From Oculina patagonica (Eukaryota): 64,000 nt of DNA. The notes below the pieces were generated by a model, which had not been told where the DNA came from, searched no databases, and worked only from the letters and a program-made list of their open reading frames with translations. This document shows, piece after piece, positions 47,001 to 59,600 of the stretch. The translations under genes and the position numbers were made by a program. The stretch spans positions 9,300,001 to 9,364,000 of the forward strand of contig NC_135760.1 in the NCBI RefSeq assembly GCF_052425735.1, given 5' to 3'. Each line of letters begins with the position of its first letter. Within the stretch, counting starts at the first letter, position 1.

Positions 47001-49569
47001 TTGTGGTCATTTTGTAAGTACTCCACAAGAATAACTTAAAGGGATCGAGGCAAAAACATTATTCAATAGAGGTTGTTGCGAGACGCACAAATTTTAGTGC
47101 GTCGGCCCAGACTGTAGATCAAGAGATCTGGGGTCGAACCTGGCATTGATCTTTTTTGTTTGTTCATCGCAAGGAATTTACTCTCGTAGAGCCATTGTTC
47201 AAATTAGTATCGGAAAATTGTTAGTTTGACCTGCAATGGACAAATTAGTATCGGAAAATTGTTAGTTTGACCTGCAATGGACAAGCATCCCATCCAGGAA
47301 GGAGTAGCAATACGATTGGTCATTGTTTTCCAAATGACGAATACCGCTAACCAAAAGATAAATCACTCAGTGAAAAACGTAAAGTTGGTTTTGCTTATGC
47401 TCATCCACTGATCAGCGATTTATCCAGTGGATAGTGTTATCTGCTTTTGAAGAACTGGGGAATGGCCATTTTATATTGCAGGCCACTGTACTTGTGATTT
47501 TTTTTTTCAGTTCCATAACTGCAAAAGTGTTTGACATCTTAGTGCCACTAATGTATTACTCATATTATCACGCTTCAATCTCTCTCTAGCTATTTGCGTA
47601 CGTGGCGTTCGTGGTATCAGTAATCTGGATCTACACGACGGCAAACGAGATTGTTAACCTGCTTCAGGTACAGTTGTTGGAGTGAAATAGCATATTTACC
47701 CTCTTGAATCAGTTGTTTACTGTAATTGTACATATCTTTATAATGTGAAGGGGTATCCATTATTTAAGTACATTACTTAAAAAAAAAAACTTCATTAAAG
47801 TTGTATCAATCATGTTATCTTGTAGACGTTTGGCATCGCGTTTGGTTTGAGCGACGCAATTCTTGGCCTCACTTTTCTTGCCTGGGGTAACAGTATTGGT
47901 GGTAAGTCTTGCATTTCTCTCAATCTTAGTAGGCGACTGGGGGGGGGGGGGGACAGTCTGTCTTCACCCTTAGTTCGCCGAGGTAAAGGTAAAGTCTGCT
48001 TTCGAGCCAAATGGCCAATCAGGTCATAGCTTATCCCGGTTTCAATAGCATGAAGCGACTAGTAATATTTCTAATCCTCCCTAGATGGGATGCTAGTCCA
48101 TCGCAGGGTTAGCCCCAGCATTAAATTTGGCGGTACCCATTTATACACCTTGGTGGAGAGAGGCACTGTGAGAGTTAAGTGTCTTGCCCAAGAACACAAC
48201 AGTGGCCCCGGCCAGGGCTCGAACGCTGACCGCTCGATGTGGAGTCCAGCGCGCTTACCATTAGACCAACGTGCCCCCCTCCCCCTTAGTTCGCTGAGGA
48301 AGAAACTAAATACGCGAAAGGAAAAAATTGCACTCCAAAGTTCCTCTTTTCCCGAGCCTCTGCCCCAACCCTATGCTGCCAATTTTTTCTTTCGCTTATT
48401 CCTTTTTGCTTCTGGCTCACACAACTGAGGTAAAAGATGAACTGCTCGTTGATCTACCGACAATGTACCAAAGATAACAAGACAAAACTTACTCTTGTTT
48501 TATTTTTCAGATTTTGTGTCAAACACAGCTATGGCAAGACAAGGATTTTCTCGCATGGCCGTGTCAGCTTGCTTTGGAGGCCCTTTGCTAAGTATCCTGT
48601 GATATTCAGCAGTGATACACTGATTCACTGCTAATTTCTTGTCACCGTTTTGTAAAATACAGCACAACTTGTAAAACTGACATCAGAACTACGCACCTTT
48701 CTTTTAAGGCTTATATTTGACCTTAGCTGAAATTAATCTGCCCATGGTATTATATTTAAAGTCAAAGCAAAATCGTTCTCGTTCACGCGAGAAAGGAACG
48801 GTGTAAATGGGGCTTTTGCCATGTTTGCAGAAAACGCGGTTACATGCTAGGGGCATAAGAAAGCCTCCAAAACAAAGTGACTTCAACCAGTCAAGCTCAA
48901 AACCGTCTTTATTTTGGATGTTCCGTATGCTTATAGCTTGCCATTAGGCGATGTAAACCATATGTAAATTGTCAAAATGAACTGTCGGAGAATTTGTGTG
49001 AGGTTTCTTTGTGGTACGTTTAAGATTGAAAGAGCTTCCTTAACTTCTCTCCAGATATGTTGTTAGGTATCGGTATATCATGCACTGTTGTCACGGTGTC
49101 ACGTGGACATGCAATACCGGTAAGTATATCTGTGTCTGCTTTAGCCTTTTCACAGCCTTTTATTTTCTCGTATTTTTGTTCGACCTTTGAACGTGCGAAA
49201 AAAAATCGCAAGAGAACTGGGCACGAGCGCAAAAGAAGAAGCGCGAGGGGTAGGGATAGGGCACTAGACCCCACCCTTGCTTTCCGCGTTTGCTGCTTTC
49301 AGTAGACGTCTGCTTTAGAGAGGAGTTCCATAAGTAAGAGTTCAATACAACATGCTAACACCCTTTTTGTCATTATCTCTGTCCAGTTACGTCACAGATA
49401 TCACCAGTACCAGATCTCCGCGGGATTTCTCGCCGCTAGTCTCAGTTCGTCCGCCATCTTAATTCCTTTAATGGGATTCAAAGTACCCCGGATGTACGGC
49501 GTGTACCTTATAGTTTTGTACGTAGCTTACTTGACGGTGTCTATAGCATGCGAGTTTAAACATATTTAA
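35042..49569 (+). CDS. SLC8B1: NCLX-type Na+/Li+/Ca2+ exchanger (CCX/SLC8B1 family), tandem copy 2, 17 exons, ~681 aa
   Basis: Exons 35042-35290, 36173-36331, 37092-37144, 37584-37641, 38033-38147, 39548-39715, 41279-41395, 42362-42529, 42603-42689, 43547-43680, 45670-45802, 46892-47013, 47590-47667, 47826-47901, 48511-48591, 49055-49119, 49387-49569 (2046 nt). Keeps family-like FCP, LFY, GNSIGDFVSN and ACFGG motifs. Confidence 0.94.
37642..38032 (+). other. U12-type intron 4 of NCLX copy 2
   Basis: Donor GTATCCTTTT; branch TTCCTTGAC at ~38007-38015; AAG acceptor. Confidence 0.92.
38329..38609 (-). mobile_element. tRNA-derived SINE specific to copy 2
   Basis: Minus-strand head gggaggcgcggtggcctaatggttagcgcgc and conserved body ttcttgggcaagacac; CTTTG duplication. 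The same family occurs at ~30229-30478, ~47983-48280 and ~13595-13790. Confidence 0.87.
40164..40952. mobile_element. hAT-like non-autonomous element specific to copy 2
   Basis: CAGGG.G.GACAAAA / TTTTGTCTCACCCTG ends; CCTGTA duplication; empty site in copy 1 at ~19045. Confidence 0.8.
45015..45113. mobile_element. Near-perfect 99-bp hairpin MITE with 8-bp TSD
   Basis: TAGCCTGTGTACAGCCGTCCCGCTCCGCTC..GAGCGGAGCGGGACGGCTGTACACAGGCTA, flanked by GTTCCACT on both sides. Confidence 0.88.
46003..46263. mobile_element. MITE in intron 11 of copy 2
   Basis: TIR TAGAGCGGTTTTCACTTGAGTGTCG / CGACACTCAATTGAAAGCTGCTCTA; not seen in copy 1. Confidence 0.72.
48592..49054 (+). other. U12-type intron 15 of NCLX copy 2
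   Basis: Donor GTATCCTGTG; consensus branch TTCCTTAAC at 49036-49044. Confidence 0.88.
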
Positions 49570-50187
49570 TGGCTGTCAGACCGTGAAGAGTAGGGTAGGT
49601 AGTGTAACAGTTTCCTTCTTGGTGAAGCCGGTTCGGTTATAACTTCTAGGTTTTACAAACTATTTTTTAGTATTTTGCAAAGTAGCTAGGGTCGTTAAGT
49701 ATGCCCTTCTCTTGGACGCGACAAAGGCTCCAATGAGAGCCTTTGTGTTGATTCTTTTAGTAAACGACTTTTAACAAAATATTATTTTACAAAGTATCAC
49801 AGGGGTATTTCCCAACACAATCGTGAAAGTTGAATGTAATCGTCAACTTTAAAATAATGGCCGTGAGATGATTTTGTGTTTAGGTAAATTTCGTATACAA
49901 TTTATCCTAAAGTTTTTCAAACCATTTTTATTGTTTCCAAAATATGAATGACAAGTGTTTGCAAGCAATTGATGTAACTCGATCTTTGGGAGAAACTTGA
50001 AAGTTTATGGAGCCGAGGGCCTGTTTTTATGAAGAAAAGATGTCCCTGGTAGAATGGTTACCCTCTCCCCCAAGCCATCTTTTATCGAGCGTTTATATGA
50101 CAAAAGTTGTCCCTGCTGTCCGAGCCGAAATTTTGGCCATCTTGGTTTCACGCATGCTCAATATGTCCTGACGTGTCCCTAGCAGGT

Positions 50188-51105
50188 GAGTTATTAAAGC
50201 CAGAGTGTTTACATGGAAGAAAGTTGGCTTGCTCCCCAAGGTCACCCTGCCTTTAAAGCGAGTGACCCTGTACCCAGAGTCACCCTGCCCCCCCCCCTTT
50301 ACCGGTATTGCATGTCCACGTGACCCCCCGAGTTATTAAAGCCAGAGTGTTTACATGAAAGAAAGTTGGCTTGCTCCCCAAGGTCACCCTGCCTTTAAAG
50401 CGAGTGACCCTGTACCCAGAGTCACCCTGCCCCCCCCCCCTTTACCGGTATTGCATGTCCACGTGACCCCCCGAGTTATTAAAGCCAGTGTGTTTACATG
50501 AAAGAAAGTTGGCTTGCTCCCCAAGGTCACCCTGCCTTTAAAGCGAGTGACCCTGTACCCAGGGTCATCCTGCCCCCCCCCCTTTACCGGTATTGCATGT
50601 CCACGTGACCCCCCGAGTTATTAAAGCCAGAGTGTTTACATGAAAGAAAGTTGGCTTGCTCCCCAAGGTCACCCTGCCTAAAGCGAGTGACCCTGTACCC
50701 AGGGTCACCCTGCCCCCCCCCTTACCGGTAGCATGTCCACGTGACCCCCCGAGTTATTAAAGCCAGAGTGTTTACATGAAAGAAAGTTGGCTTGCTCCCC
50801 AAGGTCACCCTGCCTTAAAGCGAGTGACCCTGTACCCAGGGTCATCCTGCCCCCCCCTTTTACCGGTATTGCATGTCCACGTGACCCCCCGAGTTATTAA
50901 AGCCAGAGTGTTTACATGAAAGAAAGTTGGCTTGCTCCCCAAGGTCACCCTGCCTTTAAAGCGAGTGACCCTGTACCCAGGGTCATCCTGCCCCCCCCCC
51001 CCCTTTTACCGGTATTGCATGTCCACGTGACCCCCCGAGTTATTAAAGCCAGAGTGTTTACATGAAAGAAAGTTGGCTTGCTCCCCAAGGTCACCCTGCC
51101 CCCCC
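50188..51105 (+). repeat. ~142-bp tandem array (~6.5 units) downstream of the copy 2 stop codon
   Basis: gagttattaaagccag starts at 50188, 50330, 50473, 50615, 50751, 50891 and 51037. Copy 1 has a single unit at ~33186-33300. Confidence 0.95.
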
Positions 51106-52487
51106 TTCCCCCCCCCCGAAACAACTTTGCGATTTTCTCATGTAAACATTTAACTGCTTTTTATAACGAAGTGTATGACAAACTCTCTCGCCCGGAATAG
51201 CTCAGTATGGAGGAATGACACTTCCATCAGCGAACATTTTTACCTGTATTAACAGGCCCTAAATTGCAGGAGAGATTAGCACAAACAATTTTGAGTTATC
51301 TGGCCTAAAGTCACTCTAATTTTTGCATCAGTTTATGTTAACACAAAGCGGATGTTTTTTTACGAAATTAAGAAATGTTACATTTGAGAAACCTATCAGA
51401 ACTTTAGTGATAGGATCACAATTTTATAAATTGAAAAATTGTATTTAAGTTAACTTATTCATTCAATTGTTACATTCAAATTGTATCATAGTTTTAATTT
51501 AATTCAAATTTCTTACGTATAGTGAGAATAATTACATTGAATCAATCTTAAATTACTTAATAGAATTATTTAAATATAGAGTACCAAATATCTACAATTT
51601 TAGATCCACGATCGCCAAATTAAGTATTTTTACTCGATACAGTCATTTTAAGAAATTTTACTTGTCTTAACTTAACTTTTGTAGTTATTTTATAACCTTT
51701 TCGTCGTTATTAGATTTTTAGAAGAGTTTTTAACTTTTGAAAACAAAAAAACTAAGTTAACTTCTAGCCTCCAATGGCAAAAAAGATATTGTATGTTAAT
51801 GTAAGGTATTTTAAAATCATTAGAGAACTTGTAGTGTTGTAAATTAGTGTTAAACATTCGTTTAATCCAAATAAATATTATTAACTATGTCGAAGTTTCT
51901 CCAGAGTGTGTCAGCGTACATTATAATTACATATTACAGGCTTGATCTTTTTCTTGCATAAAAGCCGAAGAGAGTTAACCGGGTGAACGTTCTTCAAATC
52001 TCAGCGACTATCAAATCCGGCGCTCAATAAAAAAGCGAGAGGTTTTGGTCCATTCCCCGTTGAAAATTTGAACTTGCTGTTTCGATAAAACCAGAAAATT
52101 TGATTAGAGCTTTCTCCTCGTTTTTCGGCTTGTAAAACCGTAAGTTGGAAGACCGTTGAAGGCGTAACCCGTTAGCTTGTAGCAAACTTTAGCAAGTCAA
52201 TTCATAAACGGTCTAAAGTCAACTCCAGCGCCAAAAGTTGTACGACAAAAACGCTTGAAAGATTCCTTTTGAACAAGGCATCATTATCACATGTATTCAA
52301 ACTGCAGATAATTAAAGATGAGTTTTGTAAGGAATGGCTAAGGTGGCTTTTGTTGTTGAAATTAATATACTAAAATTTGTTCCCCCGGGATTTCTAACAA
52401 AGAGCACTACTCGCAAAACGACCAGCAAAACTTTGCTTCGTCCCTCATGAAACAACGGCGAGGTTGAGTTTAGTTCAAGGACATGTC

Positions 52488-55400
52488 ATGTCTTTTATAA
52501 CGGTCAAATTTGGAGGTAAGTTTGTAGTTTCGACAGGTGAATTTCTTGGTTTGATTTTTTCAAGTGGTCGAGCGTTTTCAGTGCGAATGAGTTTGTGGTT
52601 GATTCTCGTCGTAGACAACGAAGAAGAATTGTTTAATCCAAATTGTGTGACGGTCAATTTGCTGGACAACCTCAGAAGACGATGTGGGTGCCAGAAAGGA
52701 AGTAAGACAGTTTACTGTGTGTTTATTTAAGCCTATTTGCAGCAGTGCTCTACTGTCTGAAGAGGTGTAAATCGGCGGTTAACGAGCAATTAGCAATGGC
52801 ATCTTATTTACAGAAGTTCAGCTTTGATACGCAACGTAACTTAGCGAGGTGTCCAGAGGTGTACAATATTTCCCTTCGATTCATCCAGAGCTTTCGCGCT
52901 CAGGTTTGCGTCGACAAATCGACGATTGCAGCAACAGTACTGTGAGTAAGAAAAGACACACGACAACTTATAACAATTAGATCAATTTGGTGATAATGGC
53001 GAGAAGCATGTTTATAAAGTTACCCACTCTCGAATTGTTTGGATTTGGCCTCCGCTCTGCCCACTTTCTTTCTTAGCTGAAACAGTGTTAGAACGTAAAC
53101 GTTCATCCTGAAATTTTAAAGCCGTTGTTTTTACCCTAGTGTGGAAGGCGTTCTTGCTCACTCGAGTGATCTTGCTTCTAAACTTGGTGTACCAAACAGC
53201 TTATTTAACTAGTTGCTTAAGTTACTTTAGCCATGGGAAATTTTTATTATACCTGATAATCTATCAGTTAACAATTTTGGCCATTTAAGAATAAACGGTT
53301 TTCATCCAGTAAACTGAAAGTGAACCATTGCTCATAAAGATGCCACAGGGTCGAACTCTCGGTTTTTGCCTTCTCGGTTGCTAAGCAACAACGTCACGTG
53401 CATGCAGGTTCCATCGATTTACAAGGTACCTTATTGTTACTTATTTTCGCGGGACTTAAATTTCGCGATTTGGCCAAAAAAAATACGATTACAGGAAGTA
53501 AATTTCGCGAAAATTGTCAAAATACTGGTCTACATTAACAAACAGTAAGTCTCAAAATTGGTCCAACTGATTTTAATTTTCCACTGCAACAGTTTCCAAT
53601 GACACTGAACAAAACCATATAACAAAACAAAACTTTAAAAACAGTTTGACATGTTCCTTTGCAACAAAGTGGCGTTAATTTGACGACTGTACCAAGATAA
53701 TTAAGTAGTAAACTGACGGAAACGTTGAATATTCACAACGAACTATATAGAAGGGTATTAAATTTCGCGTCGTTATTTTTCGCGAGAACCTTTTTTCGCG
53801 GGTCTTAAATTTCGCGATTTTCTGAAAATCGCGAAAATTAAGTCCCGCGAAAATAAGTAGCAAAAAGGTTGTTAGCAAATCAGGTGGTGTTCAGGTTGGG
53901 GTAACCCGACACGCCACGAAAATCAAAGGTTCCTTTGTCATGAGTCAAAGTCACATTTCACGGTACCTTTGTCACACCTTCGATAAACGCCAAAGTAGAA
54001 GCGCACTATCTTTGATCAAAATCAAAGACAGCCTTTGCTGCAAAAAAAGGTAAGACAAAGGTTTGGCAAAGACGGCTTTTACCTCTTTTACCCCAAATCA
54101 AAGGTGCGTGTCAAAGATCAATTCAAACCAATCTCTGATTTACGTATTTCTACAGACTTTGTTGTCACTAAATCGGGAAACAGAGCCAATCTGACCAATC
54201 GGAAACACCACAAACTGTACAAAGATTTCCGTACTGCGCGTAGGTACTGATTCGTCACGAATGTGGGTTTTCAGAGCTCTGGCCTCAGATGTCTCTCTCG
54301 CGGCAACAGAATTGAGTATGCGACTGCGCGCACGACTAACGGACGTCTGCGGCGAAGTACGCTTTTGGTCCCCCCCCCCCCCCCATTACCCCCTTTTGTC
54401 TGTGATAGCTATGATGTTCAAATTTAAGCTTTTAAATCACCTGTACACTGAACACGTCTATCTAACACGTTTTCTCTTTTTCCTTAGTATTGTTGGACCT
54501 ATCAGATGAAGACGGTGACATTAAAAATTTGCACGAGTTTCCAACTCAGTACGCCCACAGATTTCTAAAAGGACGTGAAGTGTTTGTGCTTATAAAGGTC
54601 GAAAGTAAGTTTTACAACTACGACTTCAACTGAACTGAATGAATTTCGTGTCGTTTAAACAATCCTCCGCGTACAGTGGAATTCCGATTTCTTGCACCTC
54701 CAAGGGAAAGGAAAATGAATTGGGTGAGAAATCAGGGAGTTTAGACTACCTTATTCTTACTAATTCTTACTTAATTTCGCGAAAATTTGGGTGCCGAATT
54801 TCGCGAGTATTAATTTTCGCGATTACAAGAAAAATTAGAAAAAAAGTGTATTAAATTTCGCGATGCTGTCAGTGGTTTCTGGATCAGTCGTCAAAGACTA
54901 AGGGAACTACTGGAAATACACAAAGGTCTAACTCAATCTTACTACAAGAAGTCTGCAAACGGAACCTAGGTGACTGTGCTTTTAAGAGGTCTTGGCTGAT
55001 TAATAAGTTAAAGGAAAGAGTAATCAGAGGAAGGGTGGTAGTCGAAAACAAGACGAAACGATATTTTCAAGGATAGTTAGTTGCAGTTTCATAAAATTAT
55101 TGTTTTGATTAAAAATGGTATTAATTGTCGTGTTTAAATTTCGCGCAATGTTGTTTTCGTGCGTATTAAATTTCGCGATTTTTCGGAAGTTTCGAGAAAT
55201 TAAGGGTCGGAAAAATCGGGATTCCACTGTGTAACGAACCTATCCAATGAGTCCTCAAGTTTTCTTCATTTTATTTCATTTTTACACAGAAGGACAAGGA
55301 GATCAACCAACAACTTACACGGCGCTGTTAAACGACCTAGAGAGATCCAATCCCAAACTTCTAGGTGAGTAATTTCAAAAACAACTGAGCTTAAGAGTAT

Positions 55401-55819
55401 GGAAATATATTAAGCCCTCCCCCCACTGCAGATAGAAAGGGCCCGCCCAGCCCAAATTCCCCCCATTTTTGAAAAGGATCATCTCTACTTCGGGCCTTTC
55501 TCTACCCCGCGCCCCGTCTCTCTCTCTCTTTAATTTGAGCACACTGATCGCTACATTAATATCAAAGCATTCTTTTTTTCCAACAGCTCGATTGGAGACG
55601 CTCTCAAAGTCCTGTTCTGATTCCAAACCCAAGTCCGGCAACAGAAAAGAGTCAGTCTGGAATAATGTTTCCAAAATGCGCAAACAACTTCGTAGTATGC
55701 CAAGTGCAGGGCGCAACAGATCAGAATCTATCCCTCCCTCTAGAGGGGACGGGAAAAATCTTGGTACCACCCCCTCGCCACCAGGAAAATCACGACAAAG
55801 GAAAATTTCCAAGAACTGA
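52488..55819 (+). CDS. Uncharacterized CXorf65/C22orf15-family protein, 5 exons, ~179 aa
   Basis: Exons 52488-52515, 52615-52701, 54488-54604, 55290-55364, 55587-55819 (540 nt, in frame). MSFITVKFGDNEEELFNPNC..NLLDNLRRRC..ILLDLSDEDG..YAHRFLKGREVFVLIKVEKG..YTALLNDL resembles human CXorf65/C22orf15 (recalled similarity), followed by a basic disordered tail. Confidence 0.82.
53429..53868. mobile_element. MITE in CXorf65-like intron 2 (related element ~54748-55205)
   Basis: TIR CCTT.TTG.TACTTATTTTCGCGGGACTTAA; AATTTCGCG repeats. Confidence 0.72.
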
Positions 55820-55964
55820 ACGCTCTGGTTGGACTTTTGTTTTGAATGGAATTTTGTAATATAAGGATTATTTGTACTAATTTGAACTGAATAAGAAATA
55901 TATTTTCTCTCTGCAGTTGTGACTTGGTGTTAATCTTGTAATAACCAGCACTAAACAAAACTAC

Positions 55965-56310
55965 TGCTAAACAAACAGCACCATATTAAAGTACAATAGT
56001 TGTCATTCGAATTGTCACACACTAGGGTTTCCTCAAAGGGTTTTCACCTTGTACAGCATAATAAACAATACCACATGAGAGTACCACTCAATAGCTTTCA
56101 TTCGAATGGTCATACACTAAAGTTTCCACAGATAAAAACAACCTTGTATAATAATAAACAGTACCACATTATAGTGTTGCTAAGTAGCTTTCATTTGAAT
56201 GGTCACACACTAGGGTTTCATCCAGACTTAAAAATTAGAACCACATTGTACAGCATAATATACTGTACCACATGAAGGTACTGCTCAATACATGTAGCTT
56301 TCATTTGATG
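55965..56310 (+). repeat. Degenerate ~95-115-bp tandem repeat between the convergent 3' ends
   Basis: aataaaca.taccacat..agctttcatt.gaatggtca.acactag recurs 3-4 times. Confidence 0.7.
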
Positions 56311-56698
56311 CAATACTCTCGGGTTTGTAATCAGAATAAATACAAGTAAAGACGTGCGCATATTTTCTATTTCTTTAATAAATTTTAACAGAACATTAAA
56401 TTTTGCTGGGAGATGTAGTCTGCTTTTTCGACTGTACGCTGGCGGAATTTTGATTTAACAGTTATGTCCAAAACTATACAATTATTCACTGTGCCACTTT
56501 GGCTCTGAAAGAAGCTAGTGCAAAAGTAAAGAACAAGAAGTATTACCAGTATTAAAATGTTTAGCTCTTTATCCTTAAAAACGCCATTTCTGACTACTAG
56601 TACCAAACTCGACCTCATTTGCAAGCACACTATAAATCGTTCTGTTTCGAATTGGACAACTGTATATGATACACCGCTGACACTCCAGTGAGCCTGCG

Positions 56699-59600
56699 TC
56701 ATGTGCCTGAGTAACCGAGCCCAATTCCACTCTTGCCCCCAGCCCCCCTGGATAACTGGAATGCTCGTGATCGTTCAAACTCCTTCTCAAGATCATCCAT
56801 GAGTTGCTGGCTCTGGGGCTGCGAGCCGTCTTGTTCCGTGGGCGCGTTTCCTCCTCCGTCTTTGATGCCCATTAACCGCCTGAATTTCGCTTGCATCTCT
56901 CCTCCCTGATCATTACTGAACGTTGTACTGTTCCACAAGGTCGATTTTGCCGCATCACTGCTGCTACTTGTACTGCTCTGTTAAACAAAACATCCATTGA
57001 AAAAGTCAGCTATAATTATTTATCTGCTAAGCCGGTCTCCCTGCAAACACAGTGCTAGCAGAGGTAACATTTCAAAACGTTGATAATACCAAGAATTGTA
57101 CAGTTTAAAAGTAACTTTGCAGTGTGATGTACCTTATAATTGGTTAAAAAAGTCATGTAACATGCTTGCCACTAGTGACTCGTTTTCCTTTTATCTTCCA
57201 ATTCTGGCCAGTTGTGACTGTCTTAACATTCACCTGCGCTTTCCACAGGCTACACGATTTATTGAGTTCTCATAAGTTTATTACGGATTATTACTTTATT
57301 TGCGGGCATCGTGATTGGCTCTATCGATCTCTCTCGTGCTTGACACCAGTTAGACGATTGTTTGTCGACGTCTGAATTTTATTTGGTGGGGCATTGTGAT
57401 TGGCTGTAAAATTTGTCGGATTTTATTGCTTTCTGCGGCCTTTTTTCCGCGCTTTCGACAGGTAACACAAATAATAATAATAATAATTTTTGTTTTCGTT
57501 GAGTTCTCACTTCTGGTTGGTTTAAACGTGGGCACGTGACTACAATTTAAATTCTAACATACACTATTACAATTAATAATTTAAAGTTAAAATAAGTTAA
57601 AAAAGGTTTTTTTGACCTCAGCAGTTTTCTTGCCACTCCATAGTAGCTTTCTCTTCTGTGCCTGCACAGCGTATTGGTGAGGGTTAACAACTGACGGGTT
57701 TATGTAGCTGGGTAGGTTCAGCATGGACGCAGCATCTTGGGCTTGTTTCCTCAGTGACTCTGCATGAGCTGCAAGCTTGGCTTGCACTTCCTCTGACGTG
57801 GGAGGACGGGCGGGGCGTGGAAGCGTCTCTAGGCCAGTCGAGGATGCTGTGACGGTAGAGATGGTGGAAAATGAGTAGATTAAACATTTGGTTTTACGGG
57901 AAACTACTGCAGGGTATTGAAAAGAAAGGTTTAGGCAAAACAAACACCTTTGTTTAAATGTCCTGTCAAATTGTGAAAATGATGCTCTCATGCATTTGGT
58001 GCAGAGTTCAAAAGAATAAAGGAAAATGTGATAAAACCTGTCGTTCAGAAAATTTATTGTCACTGACAAAAAAACAGGTACACAATTCGTACATGTGCGT
58101 ACTTCGGATATGTCGGGTCTATAGCAGTGTTGTTGTTATTTTTTGGATCGATTAAAAGCATGTCTGATATAATTGATTTAATAGACCTTATTCTCTTCGC
58201 ATTTTGTTTCCCCAATTTAAACCATATAAAAATACTCTTGAGAATTCCTGCTCGGTATAACCATATTTTCAAATATTTGATCTATATCAATGAATAATTT
58301 ATAGATGGATTAAAAACAGTTCTCTAGAGAACAATATTATATGATGTGGTCAAAAATGGGAAAACAACCACGCGAATAAGGTCTATTGTATGATTCTGCC
58401 TTGGCAAAACATAAGTTTATTAACCATGCAGCAATGTTTCACACAATCAAAACACTAAAGAGTCAAGTTTTCTCTTTAATGATATCTGCCATGTGTGATT
58501 TACTTTCCCTTTCTTTTTCATCCACTGATCAACATTGTGAGCTTCTCACTAATGACAGGTGGTGATTCATAGAAAGGTTTCCAAATTCAGAAGCTTACTT
58601 CTCCTTTGAGAATACCAAGCATATTTCTGAAGTTAGTTTTGACAATTTAGTGGTATGTCAAGACAAATTCAATATCCTCTAGTTGAAATAAAAATTAGAT
58701 ACCGATCGTACTTGTATTTATTTTCTCACATAATTTTGCTAGCCATAAGTTCGGGATTCACGTTTCAATGACTTGGTAGTCAAAAATTTACCTCTCTCTT
58801 CCTACTTCATATATTTGTAACAACACTTAAGAGAATTAGCGCAATTTTCGATTAAATGCCCTAAAACTAAAACCAAAGAATTCACTCTGGCCATCACATG
58901 GGACACAGTGAAAACCGCTTTAATTTGTGTACACCACCGCAGACAGATTCCTACCTTTTACAAACATTTTCTTTTCATGACTTGGAGAAGTGGCTTTCTC
59001 CTCAGACCTGTCTCTGTCGCGGTCACGATCTCTGTTTCTGTCACGATCTCGATCTTGCCATCGATCTCTACCCCAGTCCCTGCCCCTATTATTCCTGCCC
59101 CTGTCCCTGCCTCTGTTTCTGTCTCGGTCCCTGTCTCTATCATGGCGTCGGCTGTAGTCACCACTGGCCCTTCGATCTAAAAAGAAATCAACAACTGAAT
59201 TAACACCCTTTTGCAATTATTATGATATTCAAGAGAAACAGGCTCTCCTAAAAGACTCTGAATTGTGTTGTTTAAAATAATGAAGGAGGGCATTTATTTA
59301 AAAAAAAAAACCTAGAAACTATTTAAAAAACCCTAGATTTTAGAAACATTGTTGATGCTAATCGAAAATTAGCATCAATTTCAAATTTATGACTTTGCAG
59401 TGGAGTTCTCTGTTTACAGTTTCTGCCCCCAGTTTTGACATTGATTGATCTTAAAGTAAACTATACAAAATATTAGCTGCAGTGAAAAACTTTATACAAG
59501 AGAAATTGAAACCTTCACTAACTTTTAATCCCAGATTAACTTTCCATAAAATTATCCATACCTCACCCATGGAAGAGATTTTTCCTAGGACCCCCCCCCC

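Larger units (their letters stand above)
34971..52075 (+). repeat. Tandem segmental duplication, unit 2
   Basis: Colinear with unit 1 but ~9.6 kb shorter because it has fewer TE insertions. Confidence 0.9.

Noticed and set aside
50188-51105. CRISPR-like repeat/spacer appearance
   Set aside because: The inserts are the same sequence in every unit, the context is eukaryotic, and no cas genes are present. It is a tandem amplification.
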